In this document: piece after piece, positions 10,101-20,059 of the stretch
How positions within the stretch are numbered: the stretch's first letter is position 1
Layout: each line of letters begins with the position of its first letter
Source: Fibrobacteria bacterium
GTDB lineage: Bacteria > Fibrobacterota > Fibrobacteria > UBA11236
DNA: 53,959 nt
Assembly: GCA_043732185.1 (NCBI GenBank)
Contig: JAYTHY010000126.1
Span: 1-53,959 of the forward strand
Direction of reading: 5' to 3'
The notes under the pieces: model-generated
What the model was told of the DNA's origin: nothing
Databases searched by the model: none
The model's input: only the letters and a program-made list of their open reading frames with translations
Position numbers and translations under genes: made by a program

Positions 10101-11709
10101 GGATGCTGTGCTTACAATCATTCGAGACAGCATGGCGCCACTCGTTCCGACTTTTGTCGACGCTTCAACAACCACTTCGCCCACTAGGAATCGCGCACCC
10201 ACATGGACCTGGGCCAGCGGTGGTGGGGGCAATGGAACCTTTACATATCAATTAGGGGGTGCCGCTCCAATTACCACAACGGCCACGTCCTTTCCGGGAT
10301 CCAATTTGTCCGATGGCACGTATACGCTTACCGTGTCTGAAAGGGACGCGACTGGAAACTGGTCTGAGGTTGCCACCCGCAGTATTCAAATTAAAGGCAG
10401 CGCGCCACTGGCACCAACCATTTCCATCAATGCCTCGCCAACCAATGCACCGCAATGGTCTTGGGTAGCCGGGGGTGGTGGTAACGGAACTTTTAGGTTT
10501 AAAATGGGTGGAGGGGCTTACCCGAACGTGGGATCCACTGTCCTTAAATACGCCCCAACTAATTTAACCGATGGTTCCGATACGCTGTGTGTACAGGAAC
10601 AGGATTTAATCGGTTGGGGAACGGAAGCTTGCATGGAAATTATTGTGGATAAAACTGGGCCCATTGCGCCAGTTGTCACTGTGAATACATCAACCGCGAC
10701 AACCTTGCGCAGGCCAACTTGGAACTGGGTTTCCGGCAGCCCTGGGGAAACTGGAACCTTTCGCTATAAACTTGATACTGCTAATATGAATTCTGGAGCC
10801 ATTGTTACTGCCGCTAAAACATTTACTCCTAGCACTGATTTGAGTGGAGGGACCCACACGCTGTATGTGCAGCAAGTGGATGCCGTTGGCAATTGGGGCT
10901 CGACAGGTACAAAGGCAGTTAAAGTTGTGATCCCGGGTGGAATGGTCGGTATAGATGCAAGCTTAACGGGTATAAACGAGAATTGTTTTATGATGGGCAA
11001 CGGTGATGTGGATTACAATGTTGATTATACACCCAGACACTCTGTTTGCCTGGCTGATTTTTTCATTGACACCTATGAAGTCACACAGAGCGATTTTAAA
11101 ACTTTAATGGGTGTACTTCCTTCCAAATTTAAAAACAATAATAACCCTGTTGATTCTGTAACTTGGTTTGACGCTGTTTTGTATGCCAACGCACGCAGCA
11201 AAAGGGATGGGTTAGACACAGTTTATCAATATTCAAGTCGGTCTGGAATACCTGGAAAAGGTGTTTCAAGCTTGTCTGGACTCTTTATTGATTATTCCAA
11301 AAATGGGTACCGGTTACCTACGGAAGCGGAGTGGGAAAACGCATGTCGAGCCGGTTCAACCACTGATTTTTACTGGGGAGATACTTGGAATAAAGAATAT
11401 TATTGGACTGGCGATAATTCTGATGGGGTAGCCCATATAGTGGGTCAAAAGCTCCCTAATAAGTGGGGCTTATATGATATGATAGGCAATGTTTTGGAAT
11501 GGACTAACGATTTGTATGATATGAATTACTACAAATCGAGTCCCATATGGAATCCAAGCGGTCCTTCAACCGGAATTTACCGAGGTGCAAGGGGTGCAAG
11601 TTATAGAGGTTCCGAATACGAAAAATCATTCATCAGAAATTGGCACTCTGCCTTATCGGGTGATCAATATGAAGACTACGGATTTCGGTGTGTCGCGCCA
11701 AAAAAATAA
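7127..11709 (+). pseudogene. Large surface lipoprotein (Big_2 Ig repeats, PKD, six Trp/Gly Ig-like repeats, C-terminal FGE-sulfatase/SUMF1 domain), split by a single-base frameshift near 8935
   Basis: ORFs 7127-8968 and 9040-11709 join if the frame shifts by -1 at AAC TTA TTG AC. The second frame is open from 8902 and reads IDGVNTIKRTVRDAFG...LDSLAPNKPLVHG. Lipobox FWAC. FGE motifs YRLPTEAEWENACRAG, NKWGLYDMIGNVLEW and YGFRCV. Confidence 0.8.
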
Positions 11710-11775
11710 AGCTAGCGCAAACTTGCATCTGTCCTTTTCATATTTGCCCTACAGGGTAGTTGATTCAAATGCAGC

Positions 11776-13608
11776 CTAATGAGAAATTAAATTCGCTTCC
11801 CCCAAATTTCTCCTGGCTTCAGAATTTGTAGAATCAGCCTGTAATGCTCTCTGATAGTATTGAATCGCCGTTGATCGATCTCCGTTTATGCCTTTAATTA
11901 CGCCCATGTAGTTGAGTGCTTTCGATTGGTTGGGTTCTAGTAATAGAGTTTTTTCCAAATACTCTTCCGCTTCAGAAATACGATTTAATTGAAAAAAGGC
12001 GGAAGCCAAATCAAAGGTAGCCACTGGATTTTCAGGCTGCATTACCAAGGCGGCCTTGAACTGTTCCAAGGCTGATAAGGGCTGTTCCATTTTGAGGAAC
12101 TGAGTGCCAAGACTTAATCTACCTTCCAAACTGTTGGAATCCAATTCTATAGATTTAAGAAAATGTTCCATTGCTTCTTTATCCTCATTTTTATTCACAA
12201 GCAAATTGCCAAGTAACATATGCCCAATAGCAAAGTCCGGTTTGTATTTAAGGGCCAATCTGTATTGTGTAACAGCGGAGTCCTGATTTCCTTTCTCAGT
12301 ATAGGAAGCACCTACGAAGAAATGGGCCAGCCAACTGCCTGGAATTGCCTCAGCTAAATTGCGCATTTGCGAATCGAAAGGAACCACCCTTCCATTGTAT
12401 TGGGAAAACCCAAGATAGCCTACGGGCACGATAAAAAAAGCCCACTTCCAGCCATGGGTTACAAAAGAATTAATAGGAGACTTTAAACCCACGCTATTTT
12501 CATCTGGTACATTTAGCCCTTGGCGAATGCTTTTGTCCCTTATTCTCCAAATGAATCCATCGAAATAAAAATGCAGAAGTGCCGAGGCGAGTATGATGCG
12601 AAAGATCCATTGTGCGACGCTGCTTCCAGACATCAATCTTTCCGGCATATTTAGATCTCCGAAAGAGGTTATCACCCCAATAAATCCATAACTCAAAACC
12701 AGACTAGTATAGCAGACTAATCTACTCCAACCCTTTGTGAATAGCCATTTTTCAACTGGACTGGCATTTAAATTTTTGTCAACACGTTGACGCTGGAAAA
12801 ACCAAACTAAGACGTCATATTGAATATCATGAAATACTTCCCACATGAGAACGCCTAGTAGCAGGTTGTTGAGCGTTACAGTGCAATACCACCAAAAGGC
12901 AAAGCTCAATACCATCGTCAGTAGCTTTATTGGACTAGGAGGAATACGGACTTTCCATTGGTAAATAATATTGAATAAAAACAACAGGGTGATCAGAATC
13001 GTTGTGATTTCCCATACTTGTCGGATAACGGTGAATGCTTGCGGAGGGATAAGCAATCCGCCTGAGCCATAAAATTGAGTGACGAGTGAAAATTGTTTGG
13101 CTGGAGAATGCAAAATGGCAAGTCCAAACCAGGCCAAACACATAAGCCAATCGAGGCGAGCGGTATAGGGCCGAAATGATTTTGCTTTAGAATCGTATAT
13201 GCGCACAAAGCCATTGATTTGCATGGCACCATGCCAAGTGCCCCAGGCTGCGGTGACCAATGTCAAGGCGTTAAGGTTTAGAAATCCGTAAAGACCACAA
13301 GTAATAAATATCATTACAGGAACCACAGTCAGGCGCAGCTTAAACCTTTTGAACAAATCCCGGTCCGAATAGGCGCGAATAAAACCAGGCAAGTGGTGGC
13401 CAAAACCGCCCAAACCCAACACCCATATTGCGAAAGTGTCGATTTGGAATTGACCTTTAAGGGCAAGAAATAATGGAACAATGAAAATGGGAGGTAAAAT
13501 AAAAAATAGCGCATCGCTTTTTGGTCCTAAAATCCAGAGTGAACGATACAGAACAGCACCAGAATTCACGTTCTTTTTTGGTATCGAACGGAAATTGTAG
13601 CTTGCCAT
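11776..13608 (-). CDS. Polytopic membrane protein with His motifs and C-terminal TPR repeats
   Basis: About 10 hydrophobic helices carrying GHHLPG, WHGAMQ, FHDIQY and LHFYFDGFIWR. C-terminal repeats of TPR type (A..Y..AL..KPD, ALNYMG...A..YYQRAL). Confidence 0.8.
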   Translation of the reverse strand: MASYNFRSIPKKNVNSGAVLYRSLWILGPKSDALFFILPPIFIVPLFLALKGQFQIDTFAIWVLGLGGFGHHLPGFIRAYSDRDLFKRFKLRLTVVPVMIFITCGLYGFLNLNALTLVTAAWGTWHGAMQINGFVRIYDSKAKSFRPYTARLDWLMCLAWFGLAILHSPAKQFSLVTQFYGSGGLLIPPQAFTVIRQVWEITTILITLLFLFNIIYQWKVRIPPSPIKLLTMVLSFAFWWYCTVTLNNLLLGVLMWEVFHDIQYDVLVWFFQRQRVDKNLNASPVEKWLFTKGWSRLVCYTSLVLSYGFIGVITSFGDLNMPERLMSGSSVAQWIFRIILASALLHFYFDGFIWRIRDKSIRQGLNVPDENSVGLKSPINSFVTHGWKWAFFIVPVGYLGFSQYNGRVVPFDSQMRNLAEAIPGSWLAHFFVGASYTEKGNQDSAVTQYRLALKYKPDFAIGHMLLGNLLVNKNEDKEAMEHFLKSIELDSNSLEGRLSLGTQFLKMEQPLSALEQFKAALVMQPENPVATFDLASAFFQLNRISEAEEYLEKTLLLEPNQSKALNYMGVIKGINGDRSTAIQYYQRALQADSTNSEARRNLGEANLISH

Positions 13609-13638
13609 ATTACCTCGAACCCGATGAAGAAGAATTCA

Positions 13639-13707
13639 ACACTAGAATTACGCTTTGCGAATAAGTCAACAAAAATATTGACGCTTTTTTTCGTTTGAGT
13701 CTAAATT
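13639..13707. promoter_or_regulatory. Back-to-back divergent sigma70-like promoters
   Basis: Plus strand TTGACG(13678-13683)-18 nt-TAAATT(13702-13707). Minus strand TTGACT(13669-13664) with a weaker -10 near 13646-13639. Confidence 0.4.
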
Positions 13708-13790
13708 TAACCCGGATGTAAAATTTTAAAGCGACAGCCTCTTTCGCATTCCATAAACATATTAATTGGATCTAGTATGAAAGGCTTGAA

Positions 13791-15449
13791 ATGAAACCGT
13801 ACCTAAAGTGGGTTTTTTCATTTCTTGGACTAGTTCCACTGGCAATCACTGCTGGTATTCCAATTGATAAGCTCAAGGGTGAAGCTGTTTCTGAACTTGG
13901 AAGCATCGTCAATGGTAGTTTCGGCGGCGGCCCAGTTAAAAATCAATACTTAAGTCGCCTTGGCGTAAATATTTCCGCATTGGATACGATAGAAGGTAAA
14001 CTAAGACTTACCGTGGGCGTAGGCGGAATTTTTTACCAACCATTGCCCATTGGCGGTTTTTGGCAAAAATCTTTGAAATTTGCTCCTAAAATAACAGAAG
14101 CGTCCTCAGAGCTCATTTTTACTCCGAACCTTAGTTTGGAACAAGGGTATTTTCCCCTCAAATACAATTCTCCTGCCATGAATCTCGGTGAATATTTATT
14201 AAAAAGTGAATCCTATCCGACCTATGTCAGTACCGGCGGGTGGACATGGGTAGACAGTGCTTTCACCCGAGCGTTTGGCATGCGCTTGAAAAGTTCCCAT
14301 TTCAACGGGAAATTTAAGCAAGAAGCCGGTATCTACATGGAACTAAATAACGCGCCATTTTACGACATCACTCCCGCCTATATTTTCAAATGGCGGCCTG
14401 CAAACAGTATTGAATTAGGTGGAGGCATTGCTCTTCGGCGTTGGTTTAGTCCAAACACAGGTAATAAAAGCATTAATCCTAAAGACGAAGCACGTGCTGC
14501 ATCCGAGTACATTACAATTTCAAATTTTTCCGCTGTACAAAATCAAGCTGTAGTTTCTTATACCTATGATAACGGCGCGGGGAAACGAGCGGAAGGTAAA
14601 GTTTTTGCCGTCTGGAATCCCGGAAGTACCCTGGATTCAGTCGGGCTACTGGCTGGTAAAACCGGCGCTTCGATATCGGACGTGCAAATGGTTCAAGACG
14701 GCAGTGTTGCTGGTGAGAGGACCGGAATAAAGCGTTTTTTACAAAATTTGGCCGGATGCAGCAGTGATTCTACTAAATGCTCAACTTATCTGAGCGATGC
14801 GGGTAATCTGAGCCAAGTTGATGCATCAGGAACTGCTACCGGATTGCCTAATGCTGCCCTGATTTCTCATTCAGAAAACATTTCTCGAAAAGCCATCAAT
14901 GTAATGGCACATGCAACAATCAATTTTTCCCAAATGTTTAGCTGGAACCAACGTTATGGGCTTTGTGGGCTTTATACTGAATTGGCTATTCTTGGTGTCC
15001 AAAACCAACCCGTTTACTACCAAAATGTTCTGAACCGCATGCCTGTAATGTTGGGAATACACGTCCCCACATTTGGGGTATTGGATCTATTGGATTTTGA
15101 AACCGAGTATTTAAACAATCCCTATCCGGATAGTTATGAGCAGTTGGCGGGACAACGCTTCGAAAAGCTGGCAGGAGTTGATGAAGCCATTCCGGATGTG
15201 GATTACAGTCTTCGGAAATTCACGATGCCAGCAGTACACCGAGATGATTGGAAATGGAGCGTATATGCCGTTAAAACACTTCTTCCTGGGGTGAAATTGA
15301 AGTTGCAGGCCGCAAATGATCATTTGCGAATGCAGTACTTTGATGTTGATGCACTCGCTGGAGCGGCTTTCGGAGCAATTTCGGCCCAACCGCAAACCAC
15401 GAATATGAGTCAGTGGTATTTTGTGGCCCACTTACAGTGGGGATTTTGA
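13791..15449 (+). CDS. Predicted outer-membrane beta-barrel protein, paralogue A
   Basis: Signal peptide, alternating beta-strand pattern and terminal beta-signal WYFVAHLQWGF. Shares conserved blocks with the next gene. Confidence 0.7.
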   Translation: MKPYLKWVFSFLGLVPLAITAGIPIDKLKGEAVSELGSIVNGSFGGGPVKNQYLSRLGVNISALDTIEGKLRLTVGVGGIFYQPLPIGGFWQKSLKFAPKITEASSELIFTPNLSLEQGYFPLKYNSPAMNLGEYLLKSESYPTYVSTGGWTWVDSAFTRAFGMRLKSSHFNGKFKQEAGIYMELNNAPFYDITPAYIFKWRPANSIELGGGIALRRWFSPNTGNKSINPKDEARAASEYITISNFSAVQNQAVVSYTYDNGAGKRAEGKVFAVWNPGSTLDSVGLLAGKTGASISDVQMVQDGSVAGERTGIKRFLQNLAGCSSDSTKCSTYLSDAGNLSQVDASGTATGLPNAALISHSENISRKAINVMAHATINFSQMFSWNQRYGLCGLYTELAILGVQNQPVYYQNVLNRMPVMLGIHVPTFGVLDLLDFETEYLNNPYPDSYEQLAGQRFEKLAGVDEAIPDVDYSLRKFTMPAVHRDDWKWSVYAVKTLLPGVKLKLQAANDHLRMQYFDVDALAGAAFGAISAQPQTTNMSQWYFVAHLQWGF

Positions 15450-15489
15450 CTAATTCGGCTTATTGGTTACTCGTAAAGGGAAAAATTCT

Positions 15490-16983
15490 ATGAAAACCAA
15501 GTTTTATTTAGCATTGGCGTGCGCCTTGAGTTTTGCAAATGCTGAACAAGGCGAACCGGTCGTTACTCAACGGAATATATCCGTTGCCGCGTTTGTCGAT
15601 GCCGGGCAGGTTATCAAAGGAACCTATGTTAACGATGATGGATTTAATGCGCCCAAAGATTTACATGGAGTATTTATGAATAGGGATGGCATTGCCCTGA
15701 CGTATTCCGGCACTTTGAATGGAAATGTGCATATGAATATTGGGGTAGGGGGATTATTCTGGAAACCATTTTTGGGCATTGCCGGTAACGCTTCAACTAA
15801 AAAAATAAATTTTGGACCAGGCATCTCCGAAGCGTCTACTCAATATGATTTTACTCCCGCGCTCACTTTAAAATTTGGTTACTTCGGATACAAATACAAT
15901 CCGGATGCTTCGAACCTTGGCGAATATTTATTGCGCAGCGAGGCGTATCCGACCATTCTGCAAAATGGCACTGTTGGAGATTGGGTTTGGCTTGGAAACG
16001 AATATAAAAGTATGGGCACTAAATTGACGTGGGATTTGTTTGGAGGAGCATTTCGACAGGACCTTATGGTTTTTAGTGATTTTTATGTAAGTCCACTCTT
16101 TGATTTTTCCCCTTCTTATGTAGGGACATGGAAGGTGACAAAATCACTTGAAATCTCCGCAGGCCTATCATTACATAGATGGATACCTATTAAGCCAAGT
16201 GAAACAACCCCGAATCTACCTAACAACATTTATGCTGAAGTGCCTAATTTTCCAGCCTTAACTGGGAAGTCAGACTCGATACTTGGTTTTAATGGAGGCA
16301 CTTTAAAGGCAATGGAAAACCAAATCGTTAATTTTGTGGACTCAATGGGAAGTCCAATTGCAAAACAAGAGAAGGATGGACAAGGCCGAACAATATTCAC
16401 TATAACTTCTACGGGTGATACCCTACGCCCGACTACCGAAACAAAACTGACCTTTAAAGCAATTGAAGTAATGGGTCGGGCTAGTTTAAATTTTTCCTCC
16501 CTACTTGGGCTGGATGAAAAAGCGACCGGGCCATTTAAAATATTCGGCGAGTTCGCTGTTTTGGGCTTGCAAAACCAACCCTATTTTTATGAAAATCGAT
16601 CCGAGCGCACTCCGATCATGCTTGGTGCGGATATTCCAACTTTTCATCTGCTCGACTTGTTTTCCGTGCAATTGGAATATTTGAAAAACCCCTACCCAGA
16701 CAACAACTTTATGCAATTTCAAAACAGTCTGCCCCAGCCCCAATTGCCCGCCGACAATCCTGCTGTTTACAAGTTACGGAAACAAGCAGGGACCTATAAT
16801 CGTGACAACTTAAAATGGTCCATAAACTTGGAGAGGACTATTGTTAGCGGTTGGCAGGCCCATTTGCAAGTGGCGAATGACCATTTGCGCGTCCAAGATG
16901 AAAGTGCCCAGCCTTCATTTATGCCAGTAACCCAGGGCAAATCAGACTGGTATTATTTATTGCGGTTCCTTTGGAGTATGTAA
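15490..16983 (+). CDS. Predicted outer-membrane beta-barrel protein, paralogue B
   Basis: Signal peptide from ATG 15490 (MKTKFYLALACALSFANA) and terminus WYYLLRFLWSM. Blocks NLGEYLLRSEAYPT, EYLKNPYPD and LQVANDHLR match paralogue A. Confidence 0.7.
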   Translation: MKTKFYLALACALSFANAEQGEPVVTQRNISVAAFVDAGQVIKGTYVNDDGFNAPKDLHGVFMNRDGIALTYSGTLNGNVHMNIGVGGLFWKPFLGIAGNASTKKINFGPGISEASTQYDFTPALTLKFGYFGYKYNPDASNLGEYLLRSEAYPTILQNGTVGDWVWLGNEYKSMGTKLTWDLFGGAFRQDLMVFSDFYVSPLFDFSPSYVGTWKVTKSLEISAGLSLHRWIPIKPSETTPNLPNNIYAEVPNFPALTGKSDSILGFNGGTLKAMENQIVNFVDSMGSPIAKQEKDGQGRTIFTITSTGDTLRPTTETKLTFKAIEVMGRASLNFSSLLGLDEKATGPFKIFGEFAVLGLQNQPYFYENRSERTPIMLGADIPTFHLLDLFSVQLEYLKNPYPDNNFMQFQNSLPQPQLPADNPAVYKLRKQAGTYNRDNLKWSINLERTIVSGWQAHLQVANDHLRVQDESAQPSFMPVTQGKSDWYYLLRFLWSM

Positions 16984-17102
16984 AATACGAAGGAAAATCA
17001 ATGAGAAACGCTAGAAATACATAATAAAATAATCGCTCAAAAAGTAGCAGGTGTCAAAGCTGTTTACGTAGTATTATCCTTGGTGAGTAACAGGAGGGGT
17101 TT

Positions 17103-18365
17103 GTGATTAAGAGTAAAAAGGTGCGTGGACACGCAAAATGGCGTTTTGTCCTAGCAATCGCTGCTGGTTTTGGTCTCGTCAATTTAGCTACAGCGCAAAC
17201 CAAATCCTTGGCGCAGGAGAGGACGGAAACTATTAATGGCAATCAATATCTTCTGACTTCCAAGTTAAAGGCCATAGTACTTGGAGAATTTACGTTTGGA
17301 TTCGACCATACTGTAGCCTATCCAAATATGGATTCCACCATCAGCCGAATTGGTAGGCAAGAAAAACCCGCTTGGACTATTGGTAGGATGAAAACGGCTA
17401 ATCAAGTGACTGCGGCTAGTCTAGCCAATTATCAAATCTTTTTTGCGAATTATATTTCCGGTATGGGTGGTGGTAGAAATGGAGGCTTTACTTCTGTACA
17501 ACAAGCTGCTTTACAAGATTTTGTAGAGGTGAAGGGAAATGGATTGTTCCTTATCCATTCCTCTGGGGATTCTCCAGTTAATCCAAGTTGGCCCTGGTAT
17601 GCAAGTACCGTTCATCCCTGTCATTATACTGGGGAGGCGGGGGCTGGTGCAGCGGCAAGCACTGGAAGGGTTGGCATTTGGAGCCAAAACGCCAAGGCAG
17701 CGAAGTCACATCCCATTATGCAAGGGATAAATTGGGGTGGATCCAACCCAGATTCAGTATCTATTATTGGAAATGAATTGCATACTTTTGATAAGGCAAT
17801 AAGCAATCCTGCTATCACACCCGCCAAATGGCAAGGATTGTTGGGTCTTAATGCTACTACCTGCGGAACGCCAAATACCTGTTCGGGCAATGCCTATAAT
17901 TATACTACTGCTGGTGGCCCAAGTGGATGGCCCATTTCATGGACATTTCCTGCACAGAAAGGCAACATTGGTTATTTCATGGAAGGCCACGATCTCATTA
18001 CAATGAATTCCATGACGCAGGTGATGTGGGATAAGTTTTTCAAGCAGTTCATGTACTACATGGCTGGATATGATACAACGGCTGTCGTTGGGATCAAAAC
18101 TGGGCAGAATTTGAATATGGGCGTGGATCAATCCGGCATTACTTTTCACCCAGATCAAGAAGCAGGAGTGCTTATTACAAAGGCTGGCAATCATTTAGTG
18201 TCCCTATTTGGAATAGATGGACATAAAGTTGCTGAAGAAAAGGGAAATAAGACGCCAATTGATTACAACTTTGCAACGAACTTAAAAGGATTGCACAGTG
18301 GCCTATATATAATGCGAGTTGCCGTCCCAGGCGCCGTTCGTTCGGCAAAAATATATTTGAAGTAG
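17103..18365 (+). CDS. Secreted ThuA-like (class I glutamine amidotransferase-like fold) protein with T9SS-like CTD
   Basis: ThuA-type segments QQAALQDFVE..GNGLFLIHSSGD, SHPIMQGI, WPISW and GYFMEGHD. Signal peptide present. Tail LFGIDGHKV...LHSGLYIMRV. SD AGGAGG. Confidence 0.72.
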   Translation: MIKSKKVRGHAKWRFVLAIAAGFGLVNLATAQTKSLAQERTETINGNQYLLTSKLKAIVLGEFTFGFDHTVAYPNMDSTISRIGRQEKPAWTIGRMKTANQVTAASLANYQIFFANYISGMGGGRNGGFTSVQQAALQDFVEVKGNGLFLIHSSGDSPVNPSWPWYASTVHPCHYTGEAGAGAAASTGRVGIWSQNAKAAKSHPIMQGINWGGSNPDSVSIIGNELHTFDKAISNPAITPAKWQGLLGLNATTCGTPNTCSGNAYNYTTAGGPSGWPISWTFPAQKGNIGYFMEGHDLITMNSMTQVMWDKFFKQFMYYMAGYDTTAVVGIKTGQNLNMGVDQSGITFHPDQEAGVLITKAGNHLVSLFGIDGHKVAEEKGNKTPIDYNFATNLKGLHSGLYIMRVAVPGAVRSAKIYLK

Positions 18366-18398
18366 GGCTATTCCGGATTTAGAATTTTTAGTTGGAGG

Positions 18399-18424
18399 GG
18401 TGGTGCCGTATCATACGCACTACC
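18399..18424. terminator. Hairpin between convergent genes (REP-like or bidirectional terminator)
   Basis: GGTGGTG-C-CGTAT-C-ATACG-CACTACC imperfect palindrome between the stops at 18365 and 18430. Confidence 0.4.
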
Positions 18425-18429
18425 ATTCC

Positions 18430-19194
18430 TTATCTAGCGACTTCCCAACAGCCATCTTTTTTGCAAAAATAAAACTTAAAGCCGAAATTACTTCCATCTT
18501 CAAAATCTTTGGTCCGCAAAACGGGACCTCCCAGTTTATCAGTAACTTTGAGCAATCTACCGTCTCCTTCGACCTGAGTAAATACTATCATTGGATCAAA
18601 CGGTTCCATTTCCCACTCAGGTATGGCAAACATTTCCAGAAAAAATTCCCGCTGATCTTGCAATCTTTCTTCCATAGGCACGCCATACGCAAAGGCCATT
18701 TCTTTGGATTTTATTTGCATGGTTTCCAAAATGGCATCCAAATTCTTATTCACCAGTTGAGTTTGAACTCCAAATAAAAATTCATGCAGGCTCTTTAGGT
18801 TAGGATTTTCCGAATCGAATACCTCACCTGATTCCCAGCGGGAAGGTTCGATGTCGGGGGCGACGAACTCAATAACTTTATTGAAGGGTAAGCCAATTCC
18901 AGTATCAGTAAATACGGAAACAAACTCGGCAACAACGCTTTGAGGAGCATCAGGATTTTCAAGATCAACTTCTTTAATTCGAATTGAACAGGCAGGTTGA
19001 GCATCGGGTTCGCTTTTCCCCAATCCTACGCCTAAATTAACTTGGAGCCTATTTACTCCTGGCACAAGCCACTGGTTAATAGGGCAACCATCGCTTCTTG
19101 ATGTTTGCCACCTATCGCTGAAAATCACGATGTCATTTATGCAAACGGTGTAGGCGAGATTGGTGCCGGAAATTTCGAGATACCAACGATTCAT
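18430..19194 (-). CDS. Hypothetical acidic soluble protein (candidate immunity protein)
   Basis: 254-aa ORF with no signal peptide, third gene of the minus-strand unit. Function is inferred from context only. Confidence 0.7.
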   Translation of the reverse strand: MNRWYLEISGTNLAYTVCINDIVIFSDRWQTSRSDGCPINQWLVPGVNRLQVNLGVGLGKSEPDAQPACSIRIKEVDLENPDAPQSVVAEFVSVFTDTGIGLPFNKVIEFVAPDIEPSRWESGEVFDSENPNLKSLHEFLFGVQTQLVNKNLDAILETMQIKSKEMAFAYGVPMEERLQDQREFFLEMFAIPEWEMEPFDPMIVFTQVEGDGRLLKVTDKLGGPVLRTKDFEDGSNFGFKFYFCKKDGCWEVAR

Positions 19195-19213
19195 GATGTA
19201 GCCTTTTCGGAAA

Positions 19214-20059
19214 TTAATTCGGGAGCTGGACTTGTTTCAGGGTTGTCTCATCGATGGTAAATGTCGTGGCATATTTCCTGTTCTTGAGAATCGTGGGCAA
19301 GGATCGAACGGGGACGAAAAGGAAAATGAAGCCGAGTACCAGCAGCCAAACCAAGTAGCCTGTTAAACGGGAGGCTGAGAAAAAGTCCTTGTAGGCCATG
19401 TTCCAAAGTAGGCCCAGCATGGCTGCGGCCATTAAAACCGCTGCGAATCTTTCGAGCTGACCTAAGAATAAACGCAAGCCAGGAGGAAAAGACTCCAAAT
19501 TATTAAAATGTGGTGCAATGCTTAAATAATGAATCGGAATCAATTTTTCTTGTTTATGAAAAGAGCCTTCTTTTATCAAGGCAAGAAAACCAGTATCCCC
19601 ATATTTTTTTTGATCGAACGGCTCTTCCCGTATAAACCAAGGAATCCACTCCCGATCAAATGAACTATTCACTAGCCGAATGGTCACTGGACCGGAACCT
19701 AAACGAGACGTTATCCTTTTTATCATAGACTGTGGGTCAAATTCGTGATACAAAATATCCGCATCATACGTAGTAATTCGATTTCCATTCAAATTAAAGC
19801 TGTATTCTAATACTGTCTGGTAGGTTGGAACGGATACTGTTGAACGTTGCCCACTTTTGTTGCTAAACGATCCCTGGAAAATTGTTTTTTCAGTAACACT
19901 CGCTTCACCATAACTAAGTATGGGTGCTAGCATTTGAGTAACAATAAATTTCACAGACGTTTTAACAGAGTCGCCAAAGAAATAGTAGACAACCGATAAA
20001 ACAAGTATGCAAAAAGCCATTGTTCCAACGTTTAATTTTTCAACACCGCTAGTAATCAC
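19214..20059 (-). CDS. Three-TM membrane protein (DUF3592-like segment; candidate immunity protein)
   Basis: Probable GTG start at 20059 after SD GGGAG, overlapping the upstream stop. One N-terminal and two C-terminal hydrophobic helices, with YQTVLEYSFNLNGNRI. AT-rich. Confidence 0.7.
   Translation of the reverse strand: MITSGVEKLNVGTMAFCILVLSVVYYFFGDSVKTSVKFIVTQMLAPILSYGEASVTEKTIFQGSFSNKSGQRSTVSVPTYQTVLEYSFNLNGNRITTYDADILYHEFDPQSMIKRITSRLGSGPVTIRLVNSSFDREWIPWFIREEPFDQKKYGDTGFLALIKEGSFHKQEKLIPIHYLSIAPHFNNLESFPPGLRLFLGQLERFAAVLMAAAMLGLLWNMAYKDFFSASRLTGYLVWLLVLGFIFLFVPVRSLPTILKNRKYATTFTIDETTLKQVQLPN

Noticed and set aside
10930..11780. Complete diversity-generating retroelement
   Set aside because: Only target-like folds (FGE, DUF1566) are present. 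I saw no reverse transcriptase, Avd or template repeat in the window.
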